DNA of 59,948 bases, counting the filler. It is 7 parts of 7 records of this genome, joined end to end, with 100 filler letters (N's around TTAATTAATTAA, not from the genome) between each part and the next. Parts side by side here need not be neighbours in the genome. Positions count along the whole stretch, not along the records: positions 39,192 to 52,621 come from SRR31156797_15185; positions 52,722 to 59,948 come from SRR31156797_15197; 5 more parts are not named here. One strand, given 5' to 3'. A model generated the notes under the pieces. That model worked only from the letters and a program-made list of their open reading frames with translations, was not told the origin of the DNA and ran no database searches. The translations under genes were made by a program, and so were the position numbers. Below are positions 50,134-59,948 of the stretch, in pieces. The stretch's first letter is position 1, and each line of letters starts with the position of its first letter.

Positions 50134-50322
50134 TCAATCATCTTGAGTATAACATGCAAAACTCTTTTTGCAGCTTGTACATCTTGAACCTGACTTATAG
50201 GTTGCTCCGAAATCCACCGGTTTGCCGGAAGTGACCGAAACGCACACAATACTCTGTCCCAGAGGTATTGTTGCAAGGATAGGTGTCCCGCATCCGGGGC
50301 ATAAAACACTTTCAATTTTCAT
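50134..50322 (-). CDS. Small zinc-ribbon-like protein
   Basis: CPGC...CTSC in 62 aa. GAGGG RBS. Confidence 0.65.
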   Translation of the reverse strand: MKIESVLCPGCGTPILATIPLGQSIVCVSVTSGKPVDFGATYKSGSRCTSCKKSFACYTQDD

Positions 50323-50471
50323 ATATATCCCTCTCTAGCTAAGCTTACGAGATAGATCATTAAAAAATAAGGATCAGGAAAAAGTCTGTCAGACAGATAC
50401 CGACCAGATGACCGATCGTGAGTATCTGCCTCGTATTAAATGTGTTAGGATTGAATTATATCAAGATATAA

Positions 50472-50654
50472 TCAGTATCTCTTAGGTGGTCTGTGGTTCT
50501 GGAAGCATTCCCTGCAGTATACAGGTCTGCCCTCAGTAGGCTTGAAAGGTACTTCAGTCTCCTGTTTGCAGTCAGAGCATGTTGCCTTGTGCATTTCTCT
50601 TGGACCATCGTTTGATCTGAAGCCGCCGCCGCCGCCTCTGTTATTGTATCCCAT
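50472..50654 (-). CDS. CxxC-x17-CxxC domain protein
   Basis: Gly-rich head plus REMHKATCSDC..ETEVPFKP..GRPVYCRECF. Confidence 0.92.
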   Translation of the reverse strand: MGYNNRGGGGGFRSNDGPREMHKATCSDCKQETEVPFKPTEGRPVYCRECFQNHRPPKRY

Positions 50655-50931
50655 TTGTTTATCTCCTTATGTGTTTATATAGTCCGTACAGCAGAACCGA
50701 GACTGAGAATTATCGCTTGAACAGCTTTACCTGTTTTAACCAAATCGCTCATTCCGATACGACTACCTCTTACTGTCACCAATTGTTAAAAGAAGCACGC
50801 AAAAATAGAGTAATCCTTTATTAAATCGTTGAGCAATCGAACTAGTGAGTACAACTCACCCATGATATAAATAACCGGTGCTATCAATTTGCAAAGTTAT
50901 TGAATTATATACACCCATACTGAAAAATACG

Positions 50932-51799
50932 TCAAATGACCTCAAGCAAATTCATTAAACCATGGCAATTACAAGTAGTAGCAATGAAGAATATCCTGCT
51001 ATTAATAGAACACGAAGTACCATTCTCCCTGATCATTTCCACATGCTCCATCAAAGACAGCATATATTCTTTGAAATCAATTCCCTTTATCCCACCGATC
51101 CCCGGCTTCATCTGGTAGCTCTCAAATACCCAACCCTTGTGAGTTGAAAGCAGTTTCCCGACATAAGCTGTTATGGTCTCAGGCTTTTCTCTCTGGAAAT
51201 TGTAACAATAATCCTCTGGTCCCATGCAGTTATCAGGACATATCTCACCCATCTTTGCATATGAGAACATGATCACTCCATCCTTAAGAGAACTGAACAC
51301 CACAATATCTTCCGGCAAAAGAGACAGAATGACATTAAAATAAGACGTAAGTTCCTCATCCTGCTCATCTATCTGAAGAGCAGCGATCAAAGCATGTGAA
51401 GAACTGGAACCCAGCATATCAATTGCCATGTTCACAACAGCATGGGTCGGTACAGCAGGCACTATGAATTCAGGCAGTCCTGCTTCAAGGATATCAGGAA
51501 CATCACAGACATCCATACAGTGGAAATAAATATTGTTCTCACCGTTTTTCGAATCACGGTAATCATATAATCAGGTCTGAAAGCTTTTCTCTGCTGACCG
51601 ATATAGAACTGTTCGATGCCTCTGCTGTTTCATCGATATCAATGATAATGACAAAAGGAAAGGCATTCTTCTTTGCATATTCAGCAAAGTCATTTCCTAT
51701 CTTCCCGCCACCGAGGACGAGATAGTAGCCTTCTATGACAGGTAGCGAGCTAAAATCACTTGTTCTCTGCTCCAGACCGGAGATTGTCTCATCATTCAC
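50932..51799 (-). pseudogene. NAD-binding (TrkA-N-like) protein split by a frameshift
   Basis: The upstream ORF (VLGGGKIG) stops at 51563. The downstream frame is already open from 51570 (LYDYRDSKNGENNIYFHCMDV). Confidence 0.6.
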
Positions 51800-51929
51800 A
51801 ATAAAAGTAGGAAAAGCCAGTATATAAGCGGAACCACTTCATACCTGGTCATCAAAAATATAGAGGCATCCCTGTCTGAGTAGAAGAAGAATATATACGC
51901 CAATGAACCTTTGTTCATAATGGGATAAA

Positions 51930-52621
51930 ATGAGTGGAGAATCACGCGACAATGGGAAAATGCCTGTACTATTCATCGGGCACGGTTCACCTATGAACAT
52001 AATCCAAGACAACAGTTACACCCGTAGCCTTGCCAGACTCGGAAAAGATCTACCTGAACCTGAAGCGATAATGGTTGTCTCAGCCCACTGGATGACAAAC
52101 GGCACATACGTGACATGTAATGAAAAACCAAAGACCATATATGACTTCTACGATTTCCCGCAGGAACTATACAACATAGGTTACCCCAGCCCCGGTTCAC
52201 CTGAGAAGGCAGAACTGGCATGCCAGATAGCCCGCAAAGTGCCGGTGGAATGCAGCAACCAGTGGGGACTTGACCATGCATCATGGACGGTTCTCAGGCA
52301 CATGTATCCTGAAGCTGACATCCCCGTCTTTGAAATGAGCATCGACTATTCATTCAATGAATGGCATCCGAAGATGATGCAATATCACTATGATATGGCA
52401 ACTGAACTCAGAGAACTAAGGGAACATGGAGTACTTATAATCGGAAGTGGAAACATCGTACACAATATTTCAGGAACGTGAACTCAAAACCCTATGAATG
52501 GGCTGTTGAATTCGATGAGAAGGTAAAAGCCAACCTACGTTCCGGCAACCACCGGGACCTTATAGAATACCTGAACATGGGCGAGACAGCCAGACTTGCA
52601 GTTCCCACAATGGACCATTAT
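51930..52621 (+). pseudogene. 4,5-DOPA dioxygenase extradiol (LigB/YgiD family), frameshifted and truncated
   Basis: PVLFIGHGSPMN, SAHW, WGLDH, GSGNIVHN, then a frame change near 52470 before PYEWAVEFDE...AVPTMDHY. Confidence 0.75.
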
Positions 52622-52721
52622 NNNNNNNNNNNNNNNNNNNNNNNNNNNNNNNNNNNNNNNNNNNNTTAATTAATTAANNNNNNNNNNNNNNNNNNNNNNN
52701 NNNNNNNNNNNNNNNNNNNNN
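52622..52721. other. Artificial contig linker
   Basis: N-run + TTAATTAATTAA + N-run. Confidence 0.99.
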
Positions 52722-52749
52722 GTCCCAGGTTCGAATCCTGGTATCCCGA
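52722..52749 (+). tRNA. tRNA 3' fragment, probably tRNA-Pro
   Basis: CCAGG-TTCGAAT-CCTGG T-arm plus TATCCCG-A, implying a 5' CGGGATA typical of Pro. Anticodon not visible. Confidence 0.7.
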
Positions 52750-52759
52750 CTTAAAAATC

Positions 52760-52798
52760 AAAGAGTTGCAAGATTTATTTCTTGTGACTCTTTTTTTT
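52760..52798 (+). terminator. Intrinsic terminator after the tRNA
   Basis: AAAGAGTTGCAAGA/TCTTGTGACTCTTT stem plus T-run. Confidence 0.75.
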
Positions 52799-52824
52799 AT
52801 TCTGCAAACCTTCTGCAAGCGTGA

Positions 52825-54017
52825 AATGGGATCAGGGATCAGTTCCATTATATCCCCTCTGTAACATACCGTTTGCGACAACAAACGGTCTTGCAAATTA
52901 TTACCGCACGTTTCGAGTATGAGTTTTCGGATTCCAGTTATGGTTTCCGCCCAAAACGAAACGCCGGGCAGGCAGTATTAAAAGCACAGGGCTACATTAA
53001 AGAGGGGTTCAGCATATCGTAGATATCGACCTGAAGACCTTTTTCGACGAAGTAGACCACTGTTATTTGCTGTAATTGCTTTACCGCAAAATCAAATATG
53101 CGCCTTATCCGCAAATGGCTACGTTCCCCAATACAAATTAACGGGAAACTGGTCAAGCGCAGAAAGGGCGTTCCACAGGGTAGCCCGCTAAGTCCCCTTT
53201 TGTCCAACATCGTGTTAAACAAACTGGTCAGGGAATTGGAACGGCAGGGCTTACGGTTTGTCCGCTATGCCGATGATTTTAGCATTTACCTAAAACTAAA
53301 ACATCAGCCCACAAGGTTGGTAATAACATTTTCAAGTTTCTGAAACGGAAACTAAAACTGCCTATCAACCGTGAAAAAAGCGGCATCCGTCGCCCTGTAC
53401 ATTTTACCTGTTTAGGATTTGGCTTTGTGTCAACCTATAAAAAAGGCGAACGTGGCAAGTATCAACTGGTGGTATCGGCAAAGAATTGGCGCAACTTGAA
53501 GCAAAAACTAAAAACCATTACACGAAAAACTACCCCAATGAGTTTTGATGAACGTATCGAAAAACTTAAGGAAGTACAACAGGGCTGGATTAATGCTTTC
53601 GAATGGCAAGCATCCAAAACAAACTCGTTGAACCGGACGGGTGGCTCAGGAACCGTCTCCGGTATTGTATATGGCACCACTGGAAGAAGCCTGATCGGAA
53701 AAGGAAAAACTTTATCCGTCTCAGCATCTGGCCAGAACAAGCCTATTAATGGAGCCGTACCCGCATGGGGGCTGGCGCGTGGCTCAAAGCCAGATTCTGG
53801 GTACTACTATTACAGTGGAACATTTGAAAAGGCGTGGTTACATTCCTTTGCTGGATCTTTACATTCAGGTTAAACCTAATACAGCGTTGTTTCCTATGGT
53901 TTAGCGAACCGCCATATATACTCCTGAGAAGAGCGAAAGGAGGGAGCGTAGCTCGCGTACGTACAGTGGTGTGAGAGGTGCAATGGCAGTCAGTTGGCTG
54001 TCATCCACCTACTCGAT
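52825..54017 (+). mobile_element. Decayed, 5'-truncated class C group II intron with an RT/maturase pseudogene
   Basis: FSDSSYGFRP, DLKTFFDEVDH, GVPQGSPLSPLLSNI, FVRYADD, with frameshifts and stops. Domain V GAACCGCC...GTACGTACAGTGGTGTGAGAGG and domain VI ending CCTACTCGAT. Confidence 0.88.
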
Positions 54018-54062
54018 TAGCGTTTCGTTGTTTATTCTAAAACAGTACTGCCCGGTAAATTT

Positions 54063-54249
54063 TTACCGGACACTACTTGTATTTCGGTTGTACTCACCAT
54101 AATTCATGTTCAAATTGTTCTGAAACGGAAAACTCATAAAATCAGCCAATGGGTTTTGCTGCTGCCTGCGATAATTCCTCCTTGGATTGCTGGACATTTA
54201 CCGAGAAAATCGCGAACATAATTGTTATCAATAATATTGATTTTCTCAT
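54063..54249 (-). pseudogene. Truncated, frameshifted remnant of an exported/outer-membrane protein gene
   Basis: Signal peptide MRKSILLITIMFAIF..EELSQAA then, after a frame slip, NPLADFMSFPFQNN. This is a recurrent N-terminal motif of proteins often labelled neuromedin U. Confidence 0.55.
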
Positions 54250-54259
54250 GTTTCTTTAA

Positions 54260-55066
54260 TTAATTGCTTATACTTTCTTTTAATTTCTGTATTTCGGTTT
54301 TAGCAGCCTCTAAATCAATCCTGAAATCAGTATTAGCGTGCAAAGCAGCCACTGCCGCTGCACCCATCATTCTTCCATAAACTACATCACTATGCCAATG
54401 AACATTACACACATTACGGCTTATGCCAAATTCTTTTCCTCTTTCCAGAATTACATCGGACTGTTCAGGAAATACCTCGGTTAGTATTAGTGCCCAAGCC
54501 CAACCAATAGAAGTATGCCCCGATGGGTAAGAGCCGTCTTTTCTTAACGCTGCTTCTTCGTCGGGCGTGCAAGTAGGAGTGTTATTCACCATAAATGGTC
54601 TTTGGCGTTGATAATAATTTTTAGCTGCATAGGTTGATAATCCTGCATCGGCTAAAGTTCTGCGAAGAATCATATACAAATGCGGGGTGTTTTCTTCCGA
54701 AATTTTAATATCCAACACATTGTTAAAAGCCTCAGTAGCTTCTGGAAAAGACAATATTGCATCTTTAGTAGCTTGTTCTTTTCTTTGCTCATCTTCCGAA
54801 GCCACATATTTAGCAGCAATTTCCTGATCGAGCGCTAAAGCAGCCGAACCTTCTTCTGGAGGAGGAGGTACTAGTTGTAGGCTATTGGGTATTTCCTCTT
54901 TCGATAAATACCCTTCTAAAATACCTTCATGTATTTCCTTTATATCTTTTGATAAAGAAGTAACATTTTGCTGTTCTGTTGCTGTTTGTTGCGTACAACT
55001 GAAGATTAGAACTGACAGCAATAATGCTGTCAGTAATTGTAGATTATGATATGCTTTTTTCATCAT
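54260..55066 (-). CDS. Class A non-specific acid phosphatase (PAP2), lipoprotein
   Basis: Lipobox LIFSC, KNYYQRQRP, SYPSGH, SRNVCNVHWHSD. Confidence 0.93.
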   Translation of the reverse strand: MMKKAYHNLQLLTALLLSVLIFSCTQQTATEQQNVTSLSKDIKEIHEGILEGYLSKEEIPNSLQLVPPPPEEGSAALALDQEIAAKYVASEDEQRKEQATKDAILSFPEATEAFNNVLDIKISEENTPHLYMILRRTLADAGLSTYAAKNYYQRQRPFMVNNTPTCTPDEEAALRKDGSYPSGHTSIGWAWALILTEVFPEQSDVILERGKEFGISRNVCNVHWHSDVVYGRMMGAAAVAALHANTDFRIDLEAAKTEIQKLKESISN

Positions 55067-55212
55067 TATTTAATAATTAGTACGCTTTTGTACAATTGAT
55101 CTTCCTGATTAACCTATTGGGTTTATTGCACCTTAACCATCGTAGGAATCATCCTTTCGCAGCTCAGTTATTCTTAATCAGGTCTATCATCGTAAGGCAC
55201 AATAAAATAGTT

Positions 55213-56250
55213 CTATTTTTTTTCTACTGGTTTCACATCCGGGAAATCCCATTCTCCTTCAAGTATTTCCTTACGAGGCTGATACAACCGAACAGTATAG
55301 TTCCATCCCTCCGTTATATGCAGATAGTTCGAACTGTTTGGATCACCGCCAAAATGGACGGTAAATGAACCATCCTTGTTAGGGGTGCCTGTAATGTTAT
55401 TGACGCTATAAGCCTTGTATTCATTTTCCTGAAAATACCCCTCTCTATTGTATGCGCTTATTGACCAAAATGCGTCCACCGGAACATCCTTTACGGTGAG
55501 TTCATAGGCACCTACGGGAAGATTCGGTTCAATGGTAAGATAGAATGCCTCATACTCAGGCAAACCACCCCATCCGAATGCTGTACCAAGCAAATGACGT
55601 ACTTTATCGACTTCTGTTTCTTTTCCGAACATCCTGCTGGTTTCAGCCATACCTCTACTCAGTTCAATCAATGGCTTATAGGTAGCTTTATAACTTTCCT
55701 TGTCGTAATTGGGGTGCGTATACGATTTGGCAGATTTCGCTTTTATGGTGATTCCATCCTGAATAGCCCTCACCTCTTTAACATCCTCAGGGTTTAAAGC
55801 ATCTACGAGGATGCGAAACGTTATATTTACATAAGGGGTTCCAAATTCTTCCATGGTAAGCTTATAGGTGCCCGGATTGTGAAATACATTGTTGATGAAG
55901 TGATCTTCATTTATGATCATAGCAGACAGGTAGCGGCCATTGGTTTCAGGAATGGTTAGTGTTGCCCCTTTACTGATATCGACAATAGCAGCACTGTAAT
56001 AGGTGTCTCGATTCATTCGTATAACCGTTTGTTTGTCTAAAGGGATGGGCTCACGAATGTGTACGAACTTGTTGACTTCTCCATTAATAAGTGCGAGTGT
56101 TCGGTCGAATTGAAAAGCTGTTTCGGCACGTACAAAATTATCGATGTTTACAATAACAGGTTCATTTGTTTGGGCATGCAGGTTTAGCGCGAAGATTATA
56201 CCTACTATTATAGCGCCCAGTCGATTGATGGTATTATTTTTAATTAGCAT
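55213..56250 (-). CDS. DUF1254/DUF1214 family exported protein
   Basis: NFVRAET, VIRMNRDT.YS, GWGGLP, VPVDAFWSI, WNYTVRLY.P. Confidence 0.88.
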   Translation of the reverse strand: MLIKNNTINRLGAIIVGIIFALNLHAQTNEPVIVNIDNFVRAETAFQFDRTLALINGEVNKFVHIREPIPLDKQTVIRMNRDTYYSAAIVDISKGATLTIPETNGRYLSAMIINEDHFINNVFHNPGTYKLTMEEFGTPYVNITFRILVDALNPEDVKEVRAIQDGITIKAKSAKSYTHPNYDKESYKATYKPLIELSRGMAETSRMFGKETEVDKVRHLLGTAFGWGGLPEYEAFYLTIEPNLPVGAYELTVKDVPVDAFWSISAYNREGYFQENEYKAYSVNNITGTPNKDGSFTVHFGGDPNSSNYLHITEGWNYTVRLYQPRKEILEGEWDFPDVKPVEKK

Positions 56251-56283
56251 AACTTTTTTTCCTTTGTTAATTTGACTTTACTA

Positions 56284-57705
56284 TTAATTTGCTTTTATCA
56301 TTGGTGGATTCATCCATTCGCCAGAAAGGGCTTCTGCTTTTGGACCATACAAACGCATTACGGCATAAAACGGTCCATCAGGAGCTGGTAACCAGTTTGT
56401 TTCCAAAGATTCGCCAGGTGATTCTTTTTGAATGTAAAGCGTTAGAGAACCATCATCGTTCATTACAAAATCATCCATCATGGGTGAATTTAACAAATAG
56501 CGGTCAAGAGGATTATCGATTAGTAATTGTGTATCTCCATCGTACATAGTCAATGACCAAAAAGCTTTAACAGGTGGCAGTTCTCCTTTCTTAAAAGTAA
56601 GGGTATAGTTGTTTTCGGCTGCGTTCATCGGCTTACCTTCGGCATCCACAAAATACATGGGATAAGTAGCTTCTGCTGCAGAGTTTCCATAAAGACCTCT
56701 GTCGGCTGCAACTGCTCGGGGCAAAAACATATTCTTATAATTGTAATTCTCTTTTGCACTTTGATTCAAAAAACTGCGGGTTCCAAACATTTTGGTACTG
56801 CTTAGTGGGTCGGTGGCATTTTGTTTCAAAAATGCTTCCATTTCTGCAAATCCCTCTTTCACACCTGCCTTGATAGCTTCCTGAATTTCCGGGTCAAAGC
56901 TTTCAAAATTGAAGGATTCAGCAGTTCCGATGCCTAGTTTTGCAAATTGTTCCCGAACTACCTTCTCCCCTTCTATTTCCTGAGTAAGACCTAAAACAAC
57001 ATCTATATATTTAAAGGCAGCTTCGGTAAACTGGTCACCCTCGTTCCAAACGGGCCACTCAATATTGGGTACTTTATAATCAGATGCTTGGCCCAAATAA
57101 TCGCTCAACAATTGAATCTGATACGCATCTTGTATCGCCTCAACCTTACTCAAGTCATTTTCATCCATCAGCTGAGTGCGGACAATAGTCAGAAACAAAT
57201 CGCTTTCACAACGAATAATGTCATTAATACCTTTGGGTTTATCTCCAGTCCAGTCATTTCTGGCAATAAGATATTTCCCGGCTCCATTACCTGTGGCAAG
57301 TGTACCTATATAGGCAAAATTGTGGCTAAATAAATCAATAAGCTGGAAAGAATAATAGCGCTCGGCCTCAATTTCGGGTACTGAAATAACCACGGGATCT
57401 CTGCTTATATCCGACCAAAAAATGCAATAAGGTGTATCGGAATTCGGTGTTACAATTGCTTTATCCTCTGGTGTATAAACCCGGGCCTCGCAACTTTTTA
57501 CATTAAAATCTCCTTTGTATTCCGATGAGTTTTTATCAAGCGTGTAAGCATACAAGGTTTTGTAGTTCATTACTAACGGAAACCCATAAATATAGGCTTC
57601 TTTGGCTATTTGTTTTGCCTCATCAGGGATTATCTTTTTCGCTTGCGGATTGCATCCCGAAAGAAAAGCTGCTACTAATACCGCAAGAATAATTTTTGTT
57701 TTCAT
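56284..57705 (-). CDS. DUF1254/DUF1214 family lipoprotein
   Basis: Lipobox LSGC, AYIYGFP, PNSDTPY, PPVKAFWSLTMY, NWLPAP, MRLYGP. Confidence 0.9.
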   Translation of the reverse strand: MKTKIILAVLVAAFLSGCNPQAKKIIPDEAKQIAKEAYIYGFPLVMNYKTLYAYTLDKNSSEYKGDFNVKSCEARVYTPEDKAIVTPNSDTPYCIFWSDISRDPVVISVPEIEAERYYSFQLIDLFSHNFAYIGTLATGNGAGKYLIARNDWTGDKPKGINDIIRCESDLFLTIVRTQLMDENDLSKVEAIQDAYQIQLLSDYLGQASDYKVPNIEWPVWNEGDQFTEAAFKYIDVVLGLTQEIEGEKVVREQFAKLGIGTAESFNFESFDPEIQEAIKAGVKEGFAEMEAFLKQNATDPLSSTKMFGTRSFLNQSAKENYNYKNMFLPRAVAADRGLYGNSAAEATYPMYFVDAEGKPMNAAENNYTLTFKKGELPPVKAFWSLTMYDGDTQLLIDNPLDRYLLNSPMMDDFVMNDDGSLTLYIQKESPGESLETNWLPAPDGPFYAVMRLYGPKAEALSGEWMNPPMIKAN

Positions 57706-57790
57706 AGTTTATAGATTTGTATGTTTTACTAAATATTAAATGAACATATGCATTGCACTGGTATAAATTTTATATAAAAACGTGTCTTGA

Positions 57791-58294
57791 TTAAAAACTA
57801 TACAGCACAACCAAACCCATTCTAAAATAGCTAATATCTCCAAAAGTGTATTTCAATTCTGGTGCTATGGCAAATTTATCGCTAACATTAAAATTAAGTC
57901 CAAGCCCTAAATTAAAACAATACTCTGTCGATTTTATTTCTAAATCAGATAGTATAGGCCCACTATGCTCCAACTTCCAGAAGGTAAGATTCAAGCCTCC
58001 AATTCCATAAAGGCTTCCCTTGTCTCCGATTCCTGTAAAATGGTAATTCGCATCTAAATCTACAACCGACCAATTTGTAATGTTTTTTTTTATAAAATAG
58101 CTGTAAGATGTAGCCACTGCCCATTTTTCGTTAAATGAATACTTTCCATTTAAACTAAAACCAACATTTTCTATGTCTGTTCCATACCAACTACCTGCAC
58201 CCAAACGAAACTGTGCTCTCGCTTCATTTGCCGACAATACTATGATTAACAAGATTACTATTTTAAAGATTTTTCTCATAACTTTTGATTGCAT
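57791..58294 (-). CDS. Outer-membrane beta-barrel protein
   Basis: Signal peptide ending ARAQ, alternating beta pattern, terminal YSF. Confidence 0.8.
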   Translation of the reverse strand: MQSKVMRKIFKIVILLIIVLSANEARAQFRLGAGSWYGTDIENVGFSLNGKYSFNEKWAVATSYSYFIKKNITNWSVVDLDANYHFTGIGDKGSLYGIGGLNLTFWKLEHSGPILSDLEIKSTEYCFNLGLGLNFNVSDKFAIAPELKYTFGDISYFRMGLVVLYSF

Positions 58295-58373
58295 ATTAAA
58301 TTATTATCTATTTGTGGTTCTATCACTTATGGTGGTTTTGAGAGTATCTGATGTTTAATTAAACAAATAAAAA

Positions 58374-58940
58374 CTATTTCAGACTGTCTAGTGGAATAGC
58401 CATATCTGCAGTAATCCTTTTTGTCTTGTTCACATATTTCTGCTCCTTATAATCCCTTAGAATTTTATTTACAGAATTGTTTTCTGATATCTTTTTCTCA
58501 ATCGAAGCTTTCTTTTTCTCCGATGTGATAATCGGCTTACTCTTTACAACCGTATTTTTACACTTTTCAAAGTTGGTATCTTCAATAGTTATAGGAGAAA
58601 GCACGACGTTGTTTTTAATCACTCCGGGTGAATGAATGGTCGAAATTATATAGGTCCCTCCCGATTTAAATTCACAATCTAAAAACTTTTTATTTTCTGA
58701 ATCGAACCATAACAATTGTTTACCTGCAGGTAATTCATAGCGCAAGTACCCTTTCCCGGTAAAAACGCCGACAAAGTTTTCATTATGAAAGACTTTAAAT
58801 GTAAGTGCCGAGCCAAAACTAGTGTTACGAACAATGTAAACGACTGCGTTCCCATCAGCTGGTGGTAAAAATTCCTGAGCATATGCGCCAAGGCTAAAAA
58901 TCCCAATCAACAGGATTATAAATGATTTTTTACTTTTCAT
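58374..58940 (-). CDS. Exported protein, DUF2846-like
   Basis: Signal peptide, AVVYIVR, Y.RYELPAG..L.W..SE, GGTY. Confidence 0.65.
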   Translation of the reverse strand: MKSKKSFIILLIGIFSLGAYAQEFLPPADGNAVVYIVRNTSFGSALTFKVFHNENFVGVFTGKGYLRYELPAGKQLLWFDSENKKFLDCEFKSGGTYIISTIHSPGVIKNNVVLSPITIEDTNFEKCKNTVVKSKPIITSEKKKASIEKKISENNSVNKILRDYKEQKYVNKTKRITADMAIPLDSLK

Positions 58941-59132
58941 TTTATAGGTTTCTGAATTTGTTGTTTTTATTTTTTTCTTGAGTTGTAAATATCTTCAGAA
59001 TCTAAATTCTTATGTTAATATATTTTACAATCTGCGAATCAAAAATACACCACAACTTTAGATAAAACTTGTACAGGGGTGTCAGGTTTGTAGTAAGTAT
59101 TGGGTTATAGAAACTATAACGAAATTATAAGT

Positions 59133-59702
59133 CTATTTATTTGAGGGCCTTACAGTTTCATTAACTTCATATAAGGCCAAAATATTTCCTGTGATTTCTT
59201 CCGCCAGGTTGACCATTTTTTCAGGACTGGTATCTTTAAAATCTAAACGGGTGTACCAGGCATCGGTAAGGGTATTGTAAAACCTGAAAACCTCCTCGTT
59301 GGATTGGTTAAAGCCAAAGTGAGTTTTAATATGTGGAAGTAGAATTTGAATGCATAATTTATTGGCTTCGTAGTACAAAGTTTTATAAGTAGGGATATGA
59401 CAATTGTGCAGCAATTGCTGGTGAAATTTTACAGTGGTTAAATACCTAAATAAGAGAACATATAAATCAGGAATCAAATTAATAATATCTTCCAGTTCTT
59501 GCTGAACTTTTTTAGCAATGGAAACATGATAGTCTAGTAGTTCGCTTATTAATTCGTCCTTATTTAAAAAGTGATAATAAAAGGTTGCTCTGGGGAGGCC
59601 AGTTTTTTGAGCCAACGCTTTTAAGCTAAAATCGGGGCCGTTTTCGGCAAATTCGTAGTAAGCCGCACAGAGCCACTTTTTATGTTTTTCGTTTGATTTC
59701 AT
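59133..59702 (-). CDS. TetR/AcrR-family regulator
   Basis: FA..G...SLKALAQKTGLPRATFYYHF.NKDEL. Confidence 0.9.
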   Translation of the reverse strand: MKSNEKHKKWLCAAYYEFAENGPDFSLKALAQKTGLPRATFYYHFLNKDELISELLDYHVSIAKKVQQELEDIINLIPDLYVLLFRYLTTVKFHQQLLHNCHIPTYKTLYYEANKLCIQILLPHIKTHFGFNQSNEEVFRFYNTLTDAWYTRLDFKDTSPEKMVNLAEEITGNILALYEVNETVRPSNK

Positions 59703-59948
59703 AATATACCATTCAAGATATGAAAGTTTTTTAAGCTGAAGGGCATCATTTGCTTTTTAAAATATTTTGATAAAATGCGGATATTCCGGGTCAAACTCAG
59801 TCCTTTGCAATAATTCAGATTGCTGATTTTAAGTCTTTTATATTTGCTACATTTTATATTGAAATATTTTTAAATCATTAGTTGTTATGCAATTATGCAA
59901 GTCCTGGATTCAATTCCAACTAACGTAAAAAATAGTCTCTGATTTTCA

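Noticed and set aside
5845-52721. Recurrent TTAATTAATTAA within N-runs as a biological repeat, and gene linkage across these points
   Set aside because: Identical artificial stop-codon linkers. Composition and apparent taxonomy change at each one. ORF tails containing X or ending LIN are artefacts.
53098-53343. RT fragment as a retron, DGR or CRISPR-associated RT
   Set aside because: YADD with GVPQG, a maturase-like region and domains V/VI identify a group II intron.
1-59948. CRISPR array or rRNA
   Set aside because: No regularly spaced direct repeats, cas genes or rRNA-like sequence were seen.

Overview
This window is not one locus. It is seven unrelated metagenomic contigs joined by artificial N-run/TTAATTAATTAA linkers, and the taxa below are inferred from gene content. 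(1) 1-5844, deltaproteobacterium-like: orphan ilvN and a DUF748/AsmA-like protein with an internal duplication. (2) 5944-16083, GC-rich, probably a spirochaete: a DUF59-like/CstA/small protein/ArsA-Get3 ATPase/CCDC47-like cluster, a DAACS symporter, and a YciT-YbiY-YbiW glycyl-radical locus. (3) 16184-25218, FCB-group-like: a secreted protein, a tandem array of five diverged small beta-barrel-like genes plus a truncated sixth copy, hutI and a fused FTCD. (4) 25319-32743, spirochaete-like: YesM/YesN, PocR-AraC and a UroD-family enzyme. (5) 32844-39091, planctomycete-like: a large dockerin-bearing protein and a corrinoid/MtaA-like/DUF1638 module. (6) 39192-52621, Methanosarcinales: hisC, argD, rtcB-archease, tRNA-Thr, an MNT-HEPN toxin-antitoxin pair, two candidate C-rich-loop sRNAs and a MITE-like repeat. 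(7) 52722-59948, Bacteroidota-like: a decayed class C group II intron, an acid phosphatase, DUF1254/1214 genes and TetR. The best candidate for an undescribed system is the contig 2 cluster. It links a CstA transporter to a Get3/ArsA-family ATPase and a membrane-anchored protein resembling eukaryotic CCDC47 (PAT complex), and may be a dedicated membrane-protein biogenesis module. All family calls come from motif recognition by eye; no searches were run.
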